The translations under genes were made by a program, and so were the position numbers. Below, piece after piece: positions 25,998 to 35,129 of a DNA stretch of 49,631 bases. Location: the IMG/VR virus record IMGVR_UViG_3300033480_000003, positions 1 through 49,631 of that record. One strand, 5' to 3'. The notes below the pieces were generated by a model. The model saw only the letters and a program-made list of their open reading frames with translations. It searched no databases and was not told where the DNA came from. This DNA is from a virus (Duplodnaviria > Caudoviricetes). Each line of letters starts with the position of its first letter. Position 1 is the first letter of the stretch.

Positions 25998-27302
25998 TGG
26001 CCGCCGGCGCACTCCCTGATATCCCCGCACCTGGACGCCATTTATGTTGATTTTGTTAGCGGGCTTGACCGCTCCAAGTTTTTTCATAGCAGCTGCAATG
26101 TACATCCCTTCACCCTTCGGGCTGTTGGATATGCGCCAGCCGATGTTGTGCAAAGATTCAATGATTTCAGTAGTCGCCACAAACCATGACATATCCATTG
26201 TCATGGTCGGGTTAATCTCAAATATTCGCTCGATCCAATCCTCAAGCGGATCTTGAATCACGTACCGCTCTTTGATCCCGTCTGCCTGTTGCCCCTCGCC
26301 GTTGTCCAGCCGCCAATCCTCACCAGCATTGTAGGCCGCCACGGCCTCGGCCCATATTTGGTCAATGTCCAGACTGGTATAACCCCAATCAATTTTAGTG
26401 AGTTCGGCAATCACGTATCGGCGGTTGCCAGTATTATCATCAAGCAACCCGCTGCCGTCGGCGTTAATTGTGCCGATGAATGACGACAATGCCGGCTTGA
26501 CAATGGAGTGTTTACCATAAGGCGCTCTGACGGTAACTTGTTCCATCGTCAAAAAACTTTTGAGGGCGTCCCGGTCGGCGCGGCGGGTAGTGTTGCCTAG
26601 CTCCCCTACCTCCCAAATCCAGCGCGTCATCAGGGATATTAGCGAGTCTTTGTTATCGGGATGGATGGCGGCGTCCAGGTACATCCCCGGCAGGGGGCAA
26701 AGCCACTTGGCAAACTGTGACTTACCGATACCCTGCGCGCCATCCAATACCAGCATGGCGGTTTGTGTCCCCGTGTAGGCTTTGGCTACTGCCCCAATGA
26801 GCCAGCGCCGCAGGAAGAAAGCAAACATGCCGTCGGTATCTGTGAACTTGTCGGAAAGTCCGAGAATGTGGTTTTGACCATCCCATTGCAATCCTGACAG
26901 ATAATCCGTAACGGGATGAAACGGGCGGGATTGCGCCGCGCGGGTATAGGCGTCCTCAATGATATTGAAACGCACATGCCCCAGGTCGGCCATGCGGGAG
27001 CGGATAGTGGCGGCGGTAACATCGGAAAGCATAGCGCCGTTGATATATACCTGGTCATCCATCTGATTCAGAGAAAACTCGTAACCCAACTCGGCCAGAA
27101 TCGCTATGTATTCCTCAGCTTTGAGACGTGGCATTTTCTGGGGCGGTAGTCCGGTCGGAGCGGATTGCACTGCTTGCAGCAAATCCAGCTTGTGCCAGGT
27201 ACTGTCATCCAACCGGGCTTTTTCGTGCAGGATTTTATCAACCTTAGCGGGTTTGTGGGTATTGGGGTTTAGAACGGAGTCACCGATACGCAACTCGGGC
27301 AT
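25974..27302 (-). CDS. VapE-like (virulence-associated E) SF3-type helicase/ATPase
   Basis: FHPV.DYL..L.WDG, WLIGAVA, G.QG.GKS Walker A, WI.EVGEL, LKSF, R.PYG, FIGT.N, D.TGNRR. Confidence 0.88.
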   Translation of the reverse strand: MPELRIGDSVLNPNTHKPAKVDKILHEKARLDDSTWHKLDLLQAVQSAPTGLPPQKMPRLKAEEYIAILAELGYEFSLNQMDDQVYINGAMLSDVTAATIRSRMADLGHVRFNIIEDAYTRAAQSRPFHPVTDYLSGLQWDGQNHILGLSDKFTDTDGMFAFFLRRWLIGAVAKAYTGTQTAMLVLDGAQGIGKSQFAKWLCPLPGMYLDAAIHPDNKDSLISLMTRWIWEVGELGNTTRRADRDALKSFLTMEQVTVRAPYGKHSIVKPALSSFIGTINADGSGLLDDNTGNRRYVIAELTKIDWGYTSLDIDQIWAEAVAAYNAGEDWRLDNGEGQQADGIKERYVIQDPLEDWIERIFEINPTMTMDMSWFVATTEIIESLHNIGWRISNSPKGEGMYIAAAMKKLGAVKPANKININGVQVRGYQGVRRRPITNYNQP

Positions 27303-27324
27303 GGTTATCTCCTATGCAATAAAA

Positions 27325-27409
27325 AAGACGGTTTTGGGATAGACAGCCCGGCGAGAGTAAACCGGGGCTTTGGCAGGCCCCAAAGGGCTGCCCATCCCAA
27401 AACCGTCTT
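27325..27409 (-). ncRNA. C4/CI-like antisense RNA (three-way junction) ending in a U-tract
   Basis: Long closing stem (16 bp perfect, extendable) enclosing two hairpins; loops complementary to sites at 27440-27447 and 27480-27484. Confidence 0.55.
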
Positions 27410-27505
27410 GATTACCACAAAAAGATATACCATTTTAACCTCTCGCCTTCGCGGGCTTATCGGCCTTGCGACCGGAGGTTGCCAGCCTCACCCGCTGATA
27501 CTCCC

Positions 27506-27533
27506 ATTATACCTCCACCGCCGCAGTCGTCAA
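27506..27533 (-). promoter_or_regulatory. Promoter for the C4-like RNA/replication operon
   Basis: TTGACG-N16-TATAAT in an intergenic region. Confidence 0.55.
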
Positions 27534-27547
27534 TATGACAGAATGCG

Positions 27548-27922
27548 TCATAATTGCGGAGCGCCGCGGCTATTGTCGTCACCCTCATCGGCCGGCCCGC
27601 CAGCAGCAGCGGCTGTATGTGGTGTTAGGCGGAAACGGCTATTGAACCATTTGTAAACGCGCGCCTCAACTGGCAACCAGTAAACGTATGGCATAGACCA
27701 ATGCCATTTGTGCCACGACCACCATTCGTCGCTGTCAATGTCCGGTTGCGTTGAGCAGTTGATGTGCAATCCCGTTTCTGTTACGCGCAGCGTCTCGGTT
27801 TCCCATTCGTCAATATCGGTTATCTCGATAGGCGCGCCGCAAATTGGACAAACTGCCACATCCGCCGGTATAACTGGTAAATCGTCAAAAGTGATGTACT
27901 GCATATAGTTTCCATCCAACAA
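27548..27922 (-). CDS. Hypothetical zinc-finger-like protein
   Basis: CPICG motif, Trp-rich. Confidence 0.5.
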   Translation of the reverse strand: MLDGNYMQYITFDDLPVIPADVAVCPICGAPIEITDIDEWETETLRVTETGLHINCSTQPDIDSDEWWSWHKWHWSMPYVYWLPVEARVYKWFNSRFRLTPHTAAAAGGPADEGDDNSRGAPQL

Positions 27923-27937
27923 TTCTTAAGCGGCCTC

Positions 27938-28132
27938 TCACGAAACCGCGCCACCGCTCGCCAGAATTTCTATGATCAGCGCCGCGAGTTCGGCATCTGA
28001 CAGCTCCTCGCGCAGCCAGGTGGTGATTTCCAGTAAGGATATTTTTGTGGCGGGCTGTCGGTATATTTTTTTCCTAAAGTCAATCATTGTGCTCCTTTTG
28101 TTTTTGATTTGTGACAGTAACAGTTTCCCCAC
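27938..28132 (-). CDS. Hypothetical protein
   Basis: Probable start MIDF after AAGGAG. Confidence 0.4.
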   Translation of the reverse strand: MGKLLLSQIKNKRSTMIDFRKKIYRQPATKISLLEITTWLREELSDAELAALIIEILASGGAVS

Positions 28133-28314
28133 TCCGGGGACAGCAGCCGCAGCCGCAGCCGTTCAGCGTCGGTGAAGTGCGGGCTTTCGGCATTCGTGCA
28201 TTCACCAACGACATACTGCCAGTTACCGTTGCCGCCCGGGTTGGGGACGCCCGAATCATCGTACCGCAGCGGCTTGAAGAAACGGCAGGTTTTACAGGTG
28301 GGTTTGGCGATCAT
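28084..28314 (-). CDS. Cys-rich small protein
   Basis: C.TC.FF...G.C...C pattern. Confidence 0.5.
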   Translation of the reverse strand: MIAKPTCKTCRFFKPLRYDDSGVPNPGGNGNWQYVVGECTNAESPHFTDAERLRLRLLSPEWGNCYCHKSKTKGAQ

Positions 28315-28356
28315 CGTTACTTGTTTCCTGCTGTTGTTCTGTGTCCGCCGCCACGC

Positions 28357-28584
28357 TCACATTTTCTCATATTCACTCCCTTGCAATTGTCGCCACGTCG
28401 CCACCTGCGCGGCTTCCTGCGCCGTCCGTTTCCCTGGCTCGCATTGCACGCCCGCATACCCCACGACGTTGGCATGGCAGTTCGGCGCGCCATCCTTGCC
28501 GCAACCGAACGGGCAGGTGCCGAATTCGCGCCGACAGAGCGCCAGCGCCAAGTCCTGATGGAGTGAACCGGTCTTAATGTCCAT
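28357..28584 (-). CDS. Hypothetical protein
   Basis: Coupled ORF. Confidence 0.45.
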   Translation of the reverse strand: MDIKTGSLHQDLALALCRREFGTCPFGCGKDGAPNCHANVVGYAGVQCEPGKRTAQEAAQVATWRQLQGSEYEKM

Positions 28585-28849
28585 TGTTACCTTTTCCCAT
28601 CTCTGATAGCACCGGAGGTATCTTCACCGCCTGGTCATTGCCCGCCGCGCCATCTGCGTCCACCGGGGTCAGGCGGAAATTGTACACAACCGAATTGCGC
28701 AGTGCCTCAAATGCCTGTTTTTCCGCCTCATGTGCGTTGTGATCCTCAACCATGACCCATCCTGTAACCTGAAATGTATAAAAATTTTTCATCATATAGC
28801 TTCTCCGTTGTGTTCGGTTGCCGCAACGGGTGTTAGGAGCGGGCAACAA
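28574..28849 (-). CDS. Hypothetical protein
   Basis: Probable start MMKNF near 28795. Confidence 0.45.
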   Translation of the reverse strand: MLPAPNTRCGNRTQRRSYMMKNFYTFQVTGWVMVEDHNAHEAEKQAFEALRNSVVYNFRLTPVDADGAAGNDQAVKIPPVLSEMGKGNNGH

Positions 28850-29088
28850 AAATCATGACATTCCGGGGTCATGTTATGCGGATGGGCGCATGTCCCTGCG
28901 CAGTTTTCAACCACCGCGCAGGTGGGGATTTCTGCGTCTTCGTTCGCCGCTTTAGCGGCCATGCAGCCGCACAACCGAATTATGCGATTCACCCGTTGAC
29001 AGTCAAGAATTTCATAGTCAGTTGACATTTCGCACTGATCGCACGGTACGCCCGTGTAATGCACTTCTTCCCAAATATCTATCCACAT
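28792..29088 (-). CDS. Cys-rich hypothetical protein
   Basis: GGAGG RBS; about ten Cys. Confidence 0.5.
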   Translation of the reverse strand: MWIDIWEEVHYTGVPCDQCEMSTDYEILDCQRVNRIIRLCGCMAAKAANEDAEIPTCAVVENCAGTCAHPHNMTPECHDFCCPLLTPVAATEHNGEAI

Positions 29089-29390
29089 AGTTCCTCCAGT
29101 TCAATTTTCGTCACTCCCCACCCAACTTCCAGCCGCGCCGTCTGCTCCGCCGTCAACAGCCGATAGCGCACCGCCTCCGCCAGTACCTCACGCGCTTGCC
29201 CCGGCGTGACCTTGCCGCGCTCCGCATCCTGGCGGCAGGCGTCGTACCGCCCAGAGGCTAACGACTGTACAAACATGCACGTTGGCGTCCCCACGGAAGC
29301 CGCCACGAATCGCGCCCGCAACCGTTGCGCCAACTCGTAGCGCATGGCGGTCAGGTCGTCATCCTCATAACTGACGCCGTCAATGATCAT
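29079..29390 (-). CDS. Hypothetical protein
   Basis: ATGA-coupled ORF. Confidence 0.5.
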   Translation of the reverse strand: MIIDGVSYEDDDLTAMRYELAQRLRARFVAASVGTPTCMFVQSLASGRYDACRQDAERGKVTPGQAREVLAEAVRYRLLTAEQTARLEVGWGVTKIELEELCG

Positions 29391-29824
29391 AGTTCCGCCC
29401 CGCTCAAATCCAGCCAGGCGTCCAGCGCCAGCGTGAACCTCGGCAGGATTTCCGTGAGGTTGTGCTGTTGCGCGGCAGCCAGGTTGCGCTCCAACAGCGC
29501 CAACAGGTTTCCAGGCGCGTCCGGGAACTGCGCCGCATCGTTGCGCATGACCTGGTCGACCGCCGCCGCTTCACGGAACAGCGCGACCGCCGCCCGCGCT
29601 TTGATGACGTTTAGCTGCTCAGTGATCTGCTTCATCTGCGGGACGGTAAACATTTTGTCGGCGTTATCATAGTACAGATCGAAGTACTGCTCCAGCGCAT
29701 CCCAGGCCGCGCGGTGTTGCTCGCGGATTTCGCTGCACTCACAGACTACCCCCAATCCGCCCAGCACCTGATGCAGGGCGCGCAGGGCGAATACTTCATC
29801 GTCGCGTTCCAATTTCTTAGGCAT
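29387..29824 (-). CDS. Hypothetical helical protein
   Basis: Start MPKKLE at 29824 after GGGAGG. Confidence 0.55.
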   Translation of the reverse strand: MPKKLERDDEVFALRALHQVLGGLGVVCECSEIREQHRAAWDALEQYFDLYYDNADKMFTVPQMKQITEQLNVIKARAAVALFREAAAVDQVMRNDAAQFPDAPGNLLALLERNLAAAQQHNLTEILPRFTLALDAWLDLSGAEL

Positions 29825-30251
29825 TGATCGCCTCCCATCCAAAAAAGTCCGCCGCCCAAGCGAAGTCCACGCCGGCGGCTTCCGCCGCTTGGCGGTCAGT
29901 TTCCCGATCTCCAACAAACAGCACGTCTTCAAAACGCGCTCCGAACCAATCCACATCTCCCAGAATCATATCTGGGTGAGGTTTTTGGTAATTTTGATTG
30001 GTTTGAACGTCATAATGCCGTGCTCCTATCTGTCGCTTTGTCCATTCCAGTTGCTCTATAACCTCCCGGACGGGTCGTCGCGCGCTCTGATTGCTGGCGA
30101 TGCACATGATCACGTCATCCGCCCGCAACGCCGCGCACTTCTCGGCGACGCCGGGCAGTAGCGTAAACGCAAACGCGCCGGTTGCGCCATCCCGCAACGG
30201 CGTTAGCGTGCCGTCGGCGTCAAAAATCACTAGGCTATACTGTTTATCCAT
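29817..30251 (-). CDS. HAD-superfamily (IIIA) phosphatase, GmhB/PNKP-like
   Basis: IFDADGTL, LPGV, ASNQ, KP.P.MI, FVGD..TD..AA.AAG. Confidence 0.88.
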   Translation of the reverse strand: MDKQYSLVIFDADGTLTPLRDGATGAFAFTLLPGVAEKCAALRADDVIMCIASNQSARRPVREVIEQLEWTKRQIGARHYDVQTNQNYQKPHPDMILGDVDWFGARFEDVLFVGDRETDRQAAEAAGVDFAWAADFFGWEAINA

Positions 30252-30488
30252 GTTGTACCTCCCTGCGTTCTTTCCGGCTATACCGACTACAGCGCCGGTT
30301 GCGTCGGCAGCATAGCGTTAAGCGCCGACAGTCGCGGCACGTCCCGCTCAGTCCGTGGCGGGTGTTGTATTCCTCGGCGCACGCGCCGTTTACCCACCAC
30401 GTACACAGCGCTTCTTTGCACGCGCCACCGTGGATACAGTGGCGTGTGCCGGAGGGCTTTGTCACGGCGACCGCGACAAACTTGGTCA
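30244..30488 (-). CDS. Cys-rich hypothetical protein
   Basis: Probable start MTKF; many Cys. Confidence 0.35.
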
Positions 30489-30791
30489 TGGCGTCACCGC
30501 CTGGCGTTGCGCGCTCCACAGCGCCAACCGGCGCACCCCGGCGGACAGGTTGCCATCCCCGGCCAGTGTCAGCACATGGCGCAGACTATCGCCCATGCGC
30601 TGATTCATACCACGCAGTCTCCCGCCCCCCGCCCGCCCAACTCGCCTCACGTCATCGGCGGGCAGCGTTGGCATTGCCGCGCTCCACTCATGCGCCAATC
30701 GGCGCAGGGCGGTGGAGACGTTGGCGTCCACCGCGCGCAGGGCGTCCAGATGCCGCGACCCTAACTTAAAACTGACGAATTTTTCATTCAC
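30486..30791 (-). CDS. Putative tandem ribbon-helix-helix regulator
   Basis: Two similar halves (VSFKL...L......NVSTALRRL and MNQRM...L......NLSAGVRRL); first gene after the leftward promoter; GGGGAGG RBS. Confidence 0.55.
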   Translation of the reverse strand: MNEKFVSFKLGSRHLDALRAVDANVSTALRRLAHEWSAAMPTLPADDVRRVGRAGGGRLRGMNQRMGDSLRHVLTLAGDGNLSAGVRRLALWSAQRQAVTP

Positions 30792-30823
30792 TGCTTACCT
30801 CCCCTATTGAAATTTATACCTTC

Positions 30824-30858
30824 ATTATATACCTATTCCAGTGGCGTGTCAATACCTT
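30824..30858 (-). promoter_or_regulatory. Leftward promoter with AGGTAT boxes
   Basis: AGGTA-TTGACA-cgccactggaataggta-TATAAT (17-bp spacer). Confidence 0.85.
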
Positions 30859-30912
30859 TTATGGGTCAATACCTAATTTGTACTGATTACAAACTGGAAA
30901 TTGATGGAGAAT

Positions 30913-30945
30913 AGGTATTGACATTTGATGGAATAGGTATATAAT
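30913..30945 (+). promoter_or_regulatory. Rightward early promoter with AGGTAT boxes
   Basis: AGGTA-TTGACA-tttgatggaataggta-TATAAT (16-bp spacer). Confidence 0.85.
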
Positions 30946-30980
30946 AAGTATAGAGTTAAGGAAACGAAGGAGAAAACGAA

Positions 30981-31280
30981 ATGACAAAGAGCGAATTTAC
31001 CAAGCAGATGAAGCAGCAGGCAGGGGTTGGGGTTACAAAGTTCGAGTTTTCTCAATTCGTTACTTGGGCTGGTGATCACAGTGATGAGAAGGTGCGCGGG
31101 TTCGCTTGGGCAATGCGGTGGGGGATGCGGACACAACGCTTTAGTTTTGAGGTAGAGCAGGCAATGCGCACCATGACCCCCGCCAAGATGGTTGAATTTA
31201 TGGTAAACACGGTTTGGGATTGCCCGAACAACCAACAGGCAATGGTCAACCGAGTTAACACAATGTTTCGGAAGTTTTAA
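30981..31280 (+). CDS. Early hypothetical protein
   Basis: AAGGAG RBS; first gene after the promoter. Confidence 0.65.
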   Translation: MTKSEFTKQMKQQAGVGVTKFEFSQFVTWAGDHSDEKVRGFAWAMRWGMRTQRFSFEVEQAMRTMTPAKMVEFMVNTVWDCPNNQQAMVNRVNTMFRKF

Positions 31281-31298
31281 CTACAGGAGAATGACACA

Positions 31299-31508
31299 AT
31301 GACAAAGCTCAGCACGAAAACACGAGGCAGCAGCAAGCTCTTTAAGTCACAGGACGGCGGGAACGAAACCGCTATCGTAACCTACCGCGAGGACGGCGAG
31401 ACCAAAACCGCCGTCTTCAAAGGCGAAGGTTGCGCAGAAAGAGCAACCGAGAAGATGCAGGGACTGCGCGAAAATGGCGCAACCATTGTTTCTTACACGG
31501 CGGCATAG
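31299..31508 (+). CDS. Early hypothetical protein
   Basis: AGGAG RBS. Confidence 0.6.
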   Translation: MTKLSTKTRGSSKLFKSQDGGNETAIVTYREDGETKTAVFKGEGCAERATEKMQGLRENGATIVSYTAA

Positions 31509-31518
31509 GGGGGATACT

Positions 31519-31746
31519 ATGACCACATACTTTGGAGGAACAGAGAATGCAGCCCGCCGGCTTGAAATGCCCGCAGTGGGAGCCGGGTTGCAGGCCAGCT
31601 TGAAGGAGACATCTGCAAAACTCAAGGTTGAGCAATGGTTCAACCTTGAGTGGAATTGGAATGACGGCGCGGGCGCGGTGGCGTTTTTGCAGGAGCGCGG
31701 CGCGCGCTGGATTTGGAAAGACAATCAGGGATATTGGTTGATTTAG
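31519..31746 (+). CDS. Early hypothetical protein
   Basis: Start MTTYF after a G-rich RBS. Confidence 0.55.
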   Translation: MTTYFGGTENAARRLEMPAVGAGLQASLKETSAKLKVEQWFNLEWNWNDGAGAVAFLQERGARWIWKDNQGYWLI

Positions 31747-31759
31747 GGAGGCTTGGAAT

Positions 31760-31963
31760 ATGTTCATGGAAATCATCGAAGACCTTAAAGCCGTAGCAAA
31801 TTCGCAATCAACCGAAACCATAGTCAGTTGTATCCGCCTCATCGGCGGGTCAATGGAAGTCCCCACAGAAGAACGCCTGGCGCGCGCGGCGCTGATCGAG
31901 GTGTACAAAGAGCGCGCCGGGGACGAGGCCGCCGAGGCCCTTATGGACGAAATCGGCATGTAA
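31760..31963 (+). CDS. Early hypothetical protein
   Basis: GGGAGG RBS. Confidence 0.6.
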   Translation: MFMEIIEDLKAVANSQSTETIVSCIRLIGGSMEVPTEERLARAALIEVYKERAGDEAAEALMDEIGM

Positions 31964-31981
31964 AGACGGAGGAAAGACACG

Positions 31982-32185
31982 ATGGAAGAAAAAACATTTG
32001 AACCAGGAACAATCGGAAGATGCAACCGTTGTGATGCGAAATTCACTTTCACAAAGCCGGTGCGGGCAGTGCGCGAAAACACGCGCTGCTGGCGGGTGAT
32101 GGATATGGCAATGGCCGAGTGTGGGCATTTGGATACGCATTGGATTTTTGACGTTGATAATCAGATGGAGGAACAACCATGTTAA
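31982..32185 (+). CDS. Small zinc-ribbon-like protein
   Basis: C..C...C.H; GGAGG RBS. Confidence 0.55.
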   Translation: MEEKTFEPGTIGRCNRCDAKFTFTKPVRAVRENTRCWRVMDMAMAECGHLDTHWIFDVDNQMEEQPC

Positions 32186-32511
32186 TAAATATAGACGATC
32201 TGCACGGATATACTCGAACAGTTGAATTGGAGAGCGTCGGCGCCGTCTGTCCTGATGATGACGTAATTTATTTCGATGAAGTGCCTTTCAAACTGTCATC
32301 AGCACGAGACGCCACCACGCGGCAGACGGAAAACGAGATAGCCGATCTGATAACCGCCTCAGAGAAAAATCTGACGGCAGGATACAGGGCAAGCCAAGAG
32401 CCAGTTCAACTGCTTGTGGCTCTAGGTTTCTCCATAACACACGCTCTTATTGCCATTGCCCGTATCCTCAACGCACGGAATGAATATTGTCGTAACGGAG
32501 AACAAAAATGA
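32179..32511 (+). CDS. Early hypothetical protein
   Basis: GGAGG RBS; coupled. Confidence 0.55.
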   Translation: MLINIDDLHGYTRTVELESVGAVCPDDDVIYFDEVPFKLSSARDATTRQTENEIADLITASEKNLTAGYRASQEPVQLLVALGFSITHALIAIARILNARNEYCRNGEQK

Positions 32512-33011
32512 GTGCATTAAACGGAAAACAATGGGTGGCCGGTCACATCGGGACGACCGGCTTCGAGAGTAAGCCGGTTGAGGTTGAACCGATGTTTTTT
32601 GTCACAATTGATCGTAATGACCAAACCGTCACGATCAATGACGAGGTGACGAACGCCAGCGCAATAGAATTGCAGGCGTTCATCACTACCGCGGCGACAT
32701 TCGCTGCCGAGACCATCCCCGGCAGCGGGGTGTATCGCCTGACGCTGGAACAGCTGCGCGCAATGGGTGTAGCGGCAAAAGCGGCAAAAGCGGCATTTCG
32801 GCAGAGCCTCGCAGGAGGCGCTGTAACGCGCCAGGATGACCGCAGCAGGGAGCGACCTGCCACCAGTGGGTGTTTTGTCCCCGGCTGTCATACTGCCGTT
32901 TGTGACGAGTGCGACCCGCAGTCATGCACGGAATTGGCGCAGGTCGAGGCGCAACAGGTCGCGGACTGGCGGGATGATTTTGAGAGCCAATCCCGGCCAG
33001 GTGCCTGGTAG
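32508..33011 (+). CDS. Hypothetical protein with C-terminal Cys cluster
   Basis: ATGA overlap; C....C....C..C. Confidence 0.55.
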   Translation: MSALNGKQWVAGHIGTTGFESKPVEVEPMFFVTIDRNDQTVTINDEVTNASAIELQAFITTAATFAAETIPGSGVYRLTLEQLRAMGVAAKAAKAAFRQSLAGGAVTRQDDRSRERPATSGCFVPGCHTAVCDECDPQSCTELAQVEAQQVADWRDDFESQSRPGAW

Positions 33012-33090
33012 ATTACTCAGCGCGCCGTCACGCGCTCACTCGCCCGCCGATGACGGACAACGGCGAACAAAGGATATGAGGAGAAAAGCA

Positions 33091-33468
33091 ATGGATAAAC
33101 TGACTATGACCATAATTGAGACTCGCCAGAATCACACCGCCGCCCGTCAAGTGTTGGCGACGGCCAAAGAATCGCTGGAACTGGTGGAGGCCGAGATTTT
33201 TATGGGGTGTGACTACAAAAGTTTGGGGAGCAACGAAGCCGAGCGCAAAGTCCGCTTTGACTCCCTGAAACGCGCCGACCCGCGCTGGCGATTCGCCGCC
33301 CGCGCCCTGGCTGCCGCCGAAATGCAGCGCGACGCCACCGCCGATACCCTGGCCGCTGCCGAGGATTGCCGCCGGGCCTTCGAGAACGCATTGAAGGCCG
33401 CTTATCTGGAAAAGCAATTTGGGTTCACCGTGAACCCGGACAGCTTCGATTTATTCAACTTAGCGTAA
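33091..33468 (+). CDS. Coiled-coil protein
   Basis: Start MDKLT after GAGGAG; GSNEAERK motif. Confidence 0.6.
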   Translation: MDKLTMTIIETRQNHTAARQVLATAKESLELVEAEIFMGCDYKSLGSNEAERKVRFDSLKRADPRWRFAARALAAAEMQRDATADTLAAAEDCRRAFENALKAAYLEKQFGFTVNPDSFDLFNLA

Positions 33469-33484
33469 TGAGGAGAAAACAGCA

Positions 33485-34330
33485 ATGGAAAACAATGATG
33501 AACTCAAGAAATTAGCCGATGAACAAGATTTCCTAGAAATGGAATTCGAAGGTATGGATGGGATTGGTGAAAGCCTGCCCGTAATTCAGTGGACTAATGA
33601 TCGCAAGGCTTATGAAAACAAGCATGATCGGGGCGGGTTTACCATGACACTGGATAATGTGGAGTTAGCTGGCGACTATCCCGCCGGAGCGCAACCTGAC
33701 AAAATCAGTTTTGAGCCGAACGCAGATAATCCGCAGGGTAGTACCGAGCAGTGCTACAGCACGACTACTCTCACCATATATCCGTTTGCTAAGCGTTTTG
33801 CGTGGTTTGCGGAGCGAGTGCGTCTGCCGCGCGACTTCGATTACAAATCCCTTAAGGCTGCTGGTGTGAATCCATACAGCAAGCGCCAGGTGCAGGCGCT
33901 GGTCAAAGGCGCGCATGGCTATTTTATCGCCCTTGTCACTACCAAGTCCACGACTGCCGAAGATCTGGGTAATTCCCTGGAAATGCACAACCGCGCATCT
34001 CAGAAAAAACTAAAGGCCAACAACATTACCCGGAGGGGCGTGCGGATCAATGGCTTTCGGTGGTTTGCGCTGACTCTAACCGCCGGTACTCCGAAATTGC
34101 GCGGACAGACTGGCAAGCAGTCCACTGTCACGCCATTGGAGTATGGTGGTACAGGCGATTTGCTCCATAGCGAATTGCGCGCCGAATGGTATGACGGTGA
34201 TCGGGTACGAGAATTTGAGACGGCTTGGAATGATGCGCCGGGGAGTCCAGCGGAAACGCCGACTGCATCGCCAGCAATGCCATTTCCCGAAGAACCGCCA
34301 TCTGACGACGCCAACTACCCGGAGTTTTAG
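33485..34330 (+). CDS. Putative ssDNA-binding/recombination protein
   Basis: Beta-rich core; Pro/acidic tail ending DDANYPEF, typical of SSB-like C-termini. Confidence 0.5.
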   Translation: MENNDELKKLADEQDFLEMEFEGMDGIGESLPVIQWTNDRKAYENKHDRGGFTMTLDNVELAGDYPAGAQPDKISFEPNADNPQGSTEQCYSTTTLTIYPFAKRFAWFAERVRLPRDFDYKSLKAAGVNPYSKRQVQALVKGAHGYFIALVTTKSTTAEDLGNSLEMHNRASQKKLKANNITRRGVRINGFRWFALTLTAGTPKLRGQTGKQSTVTPLEYGGTGDLLHSELRAEWYDGDRVREFETAWNDAPGSPAETPTASPAMPFPEEPPSDDANYPEF

Positions 34331-34332
34331 CT

Positions 34333-34827
34333 GTGAAATTCCCCACCATTACCGATACTCAGGGACGCCGTATAGCGTCCCTGAGTATCCCCGAACTAGA
34401 CACACTGCAAGCGCGCTGTGAAGCCCACGCCGCCGAGTGCGCGCGGCGTGGGCTGACCGTCAAACCGGAGATCGCCATGATGTGCGCGGCGGTGCAATAT
34501 TTCCGGGAAGACTCTGAGCGCGGCCCCATCGCAGCGGCGTTTGCGCGGTTTTCTGAAGCGCGCCGGGAATGCATTGGCTTGGGCTATGTGGTGCCGCCGA
34601 TTTCCGGGACGCCCCACGCCACGCAGATAGACAGCGTAACGGCGTTGTTGGCGCAGGCCGCTGCTGCCGCTGTCCCGCTGCCCGGCGAAGCGCCGCAGAT
34701 GACCCGGCGGATTACCGATGATTACAAGCAGGCCATCAAAAACGCCATTGACCTGCTAAACGAAAAGGCGCAGACCGGGCAACGCCTGCAAGCGTTGACG
34801 TTGCCGGAAATGTTCAAAACATCATAA
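34333..34827 (+). CDS. Hypothetical protein
   Basis: Follows the SSB-like gene. Confidence 0.55.
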   Translation: MKFPTITDTQGRRIASLSIPELDTLQARCEAHAAECARRGLTVKPEIAMMCAAVQYFREDSERGPIAAAFARFSEARRECIGLGYVVPPISGTPHATQIDSVTALLAQAAAAAVPLPGEAPQMTRRITDDYKQAIKNAIDLLNEKAQTGQRLQALTLPEMFKTS

Positions 34828-34901
34828 CCGCCAGCTTCAACTGGCGAGTAGGGAACATAGTGGGGATGGCGCGGCCCCTCGTACCGCGCCAGGAGGAACT
34901 T

Positions 34902-35129
34902 GTGAAAGCGGGTGTTGCAAAATCAAACGGAGTTAAATTCATCATGGTTGAATTAGTGCTGGAAGTCCCGGAAACCATGCCGCTATCCAAAGCGGCGCGG
35001 CTGCTGGAATTGCTGCCGTCAGTGGCGGGACTGGAGGTGAGTGACTGCGATCCTATCTGGGATGAAGACGACGATCCTTTTGAGGATGTTAAATTCACAG
35101 CGCAAAATAGCGACTGGATGCTGAAATGA
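34902..35129 (+). CDS. Small protein, paralogue A
   Basis: GTG start after AGGAGG; similar to 35126-35335. Confidence 0.55.
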   Translation: MKAGVAKSNGVKFIMVELVLEVPETMPLSKAARLLELLPSVAGLEVSDCDPIWDEDDDPFEDVKFTAQNSDWMLK

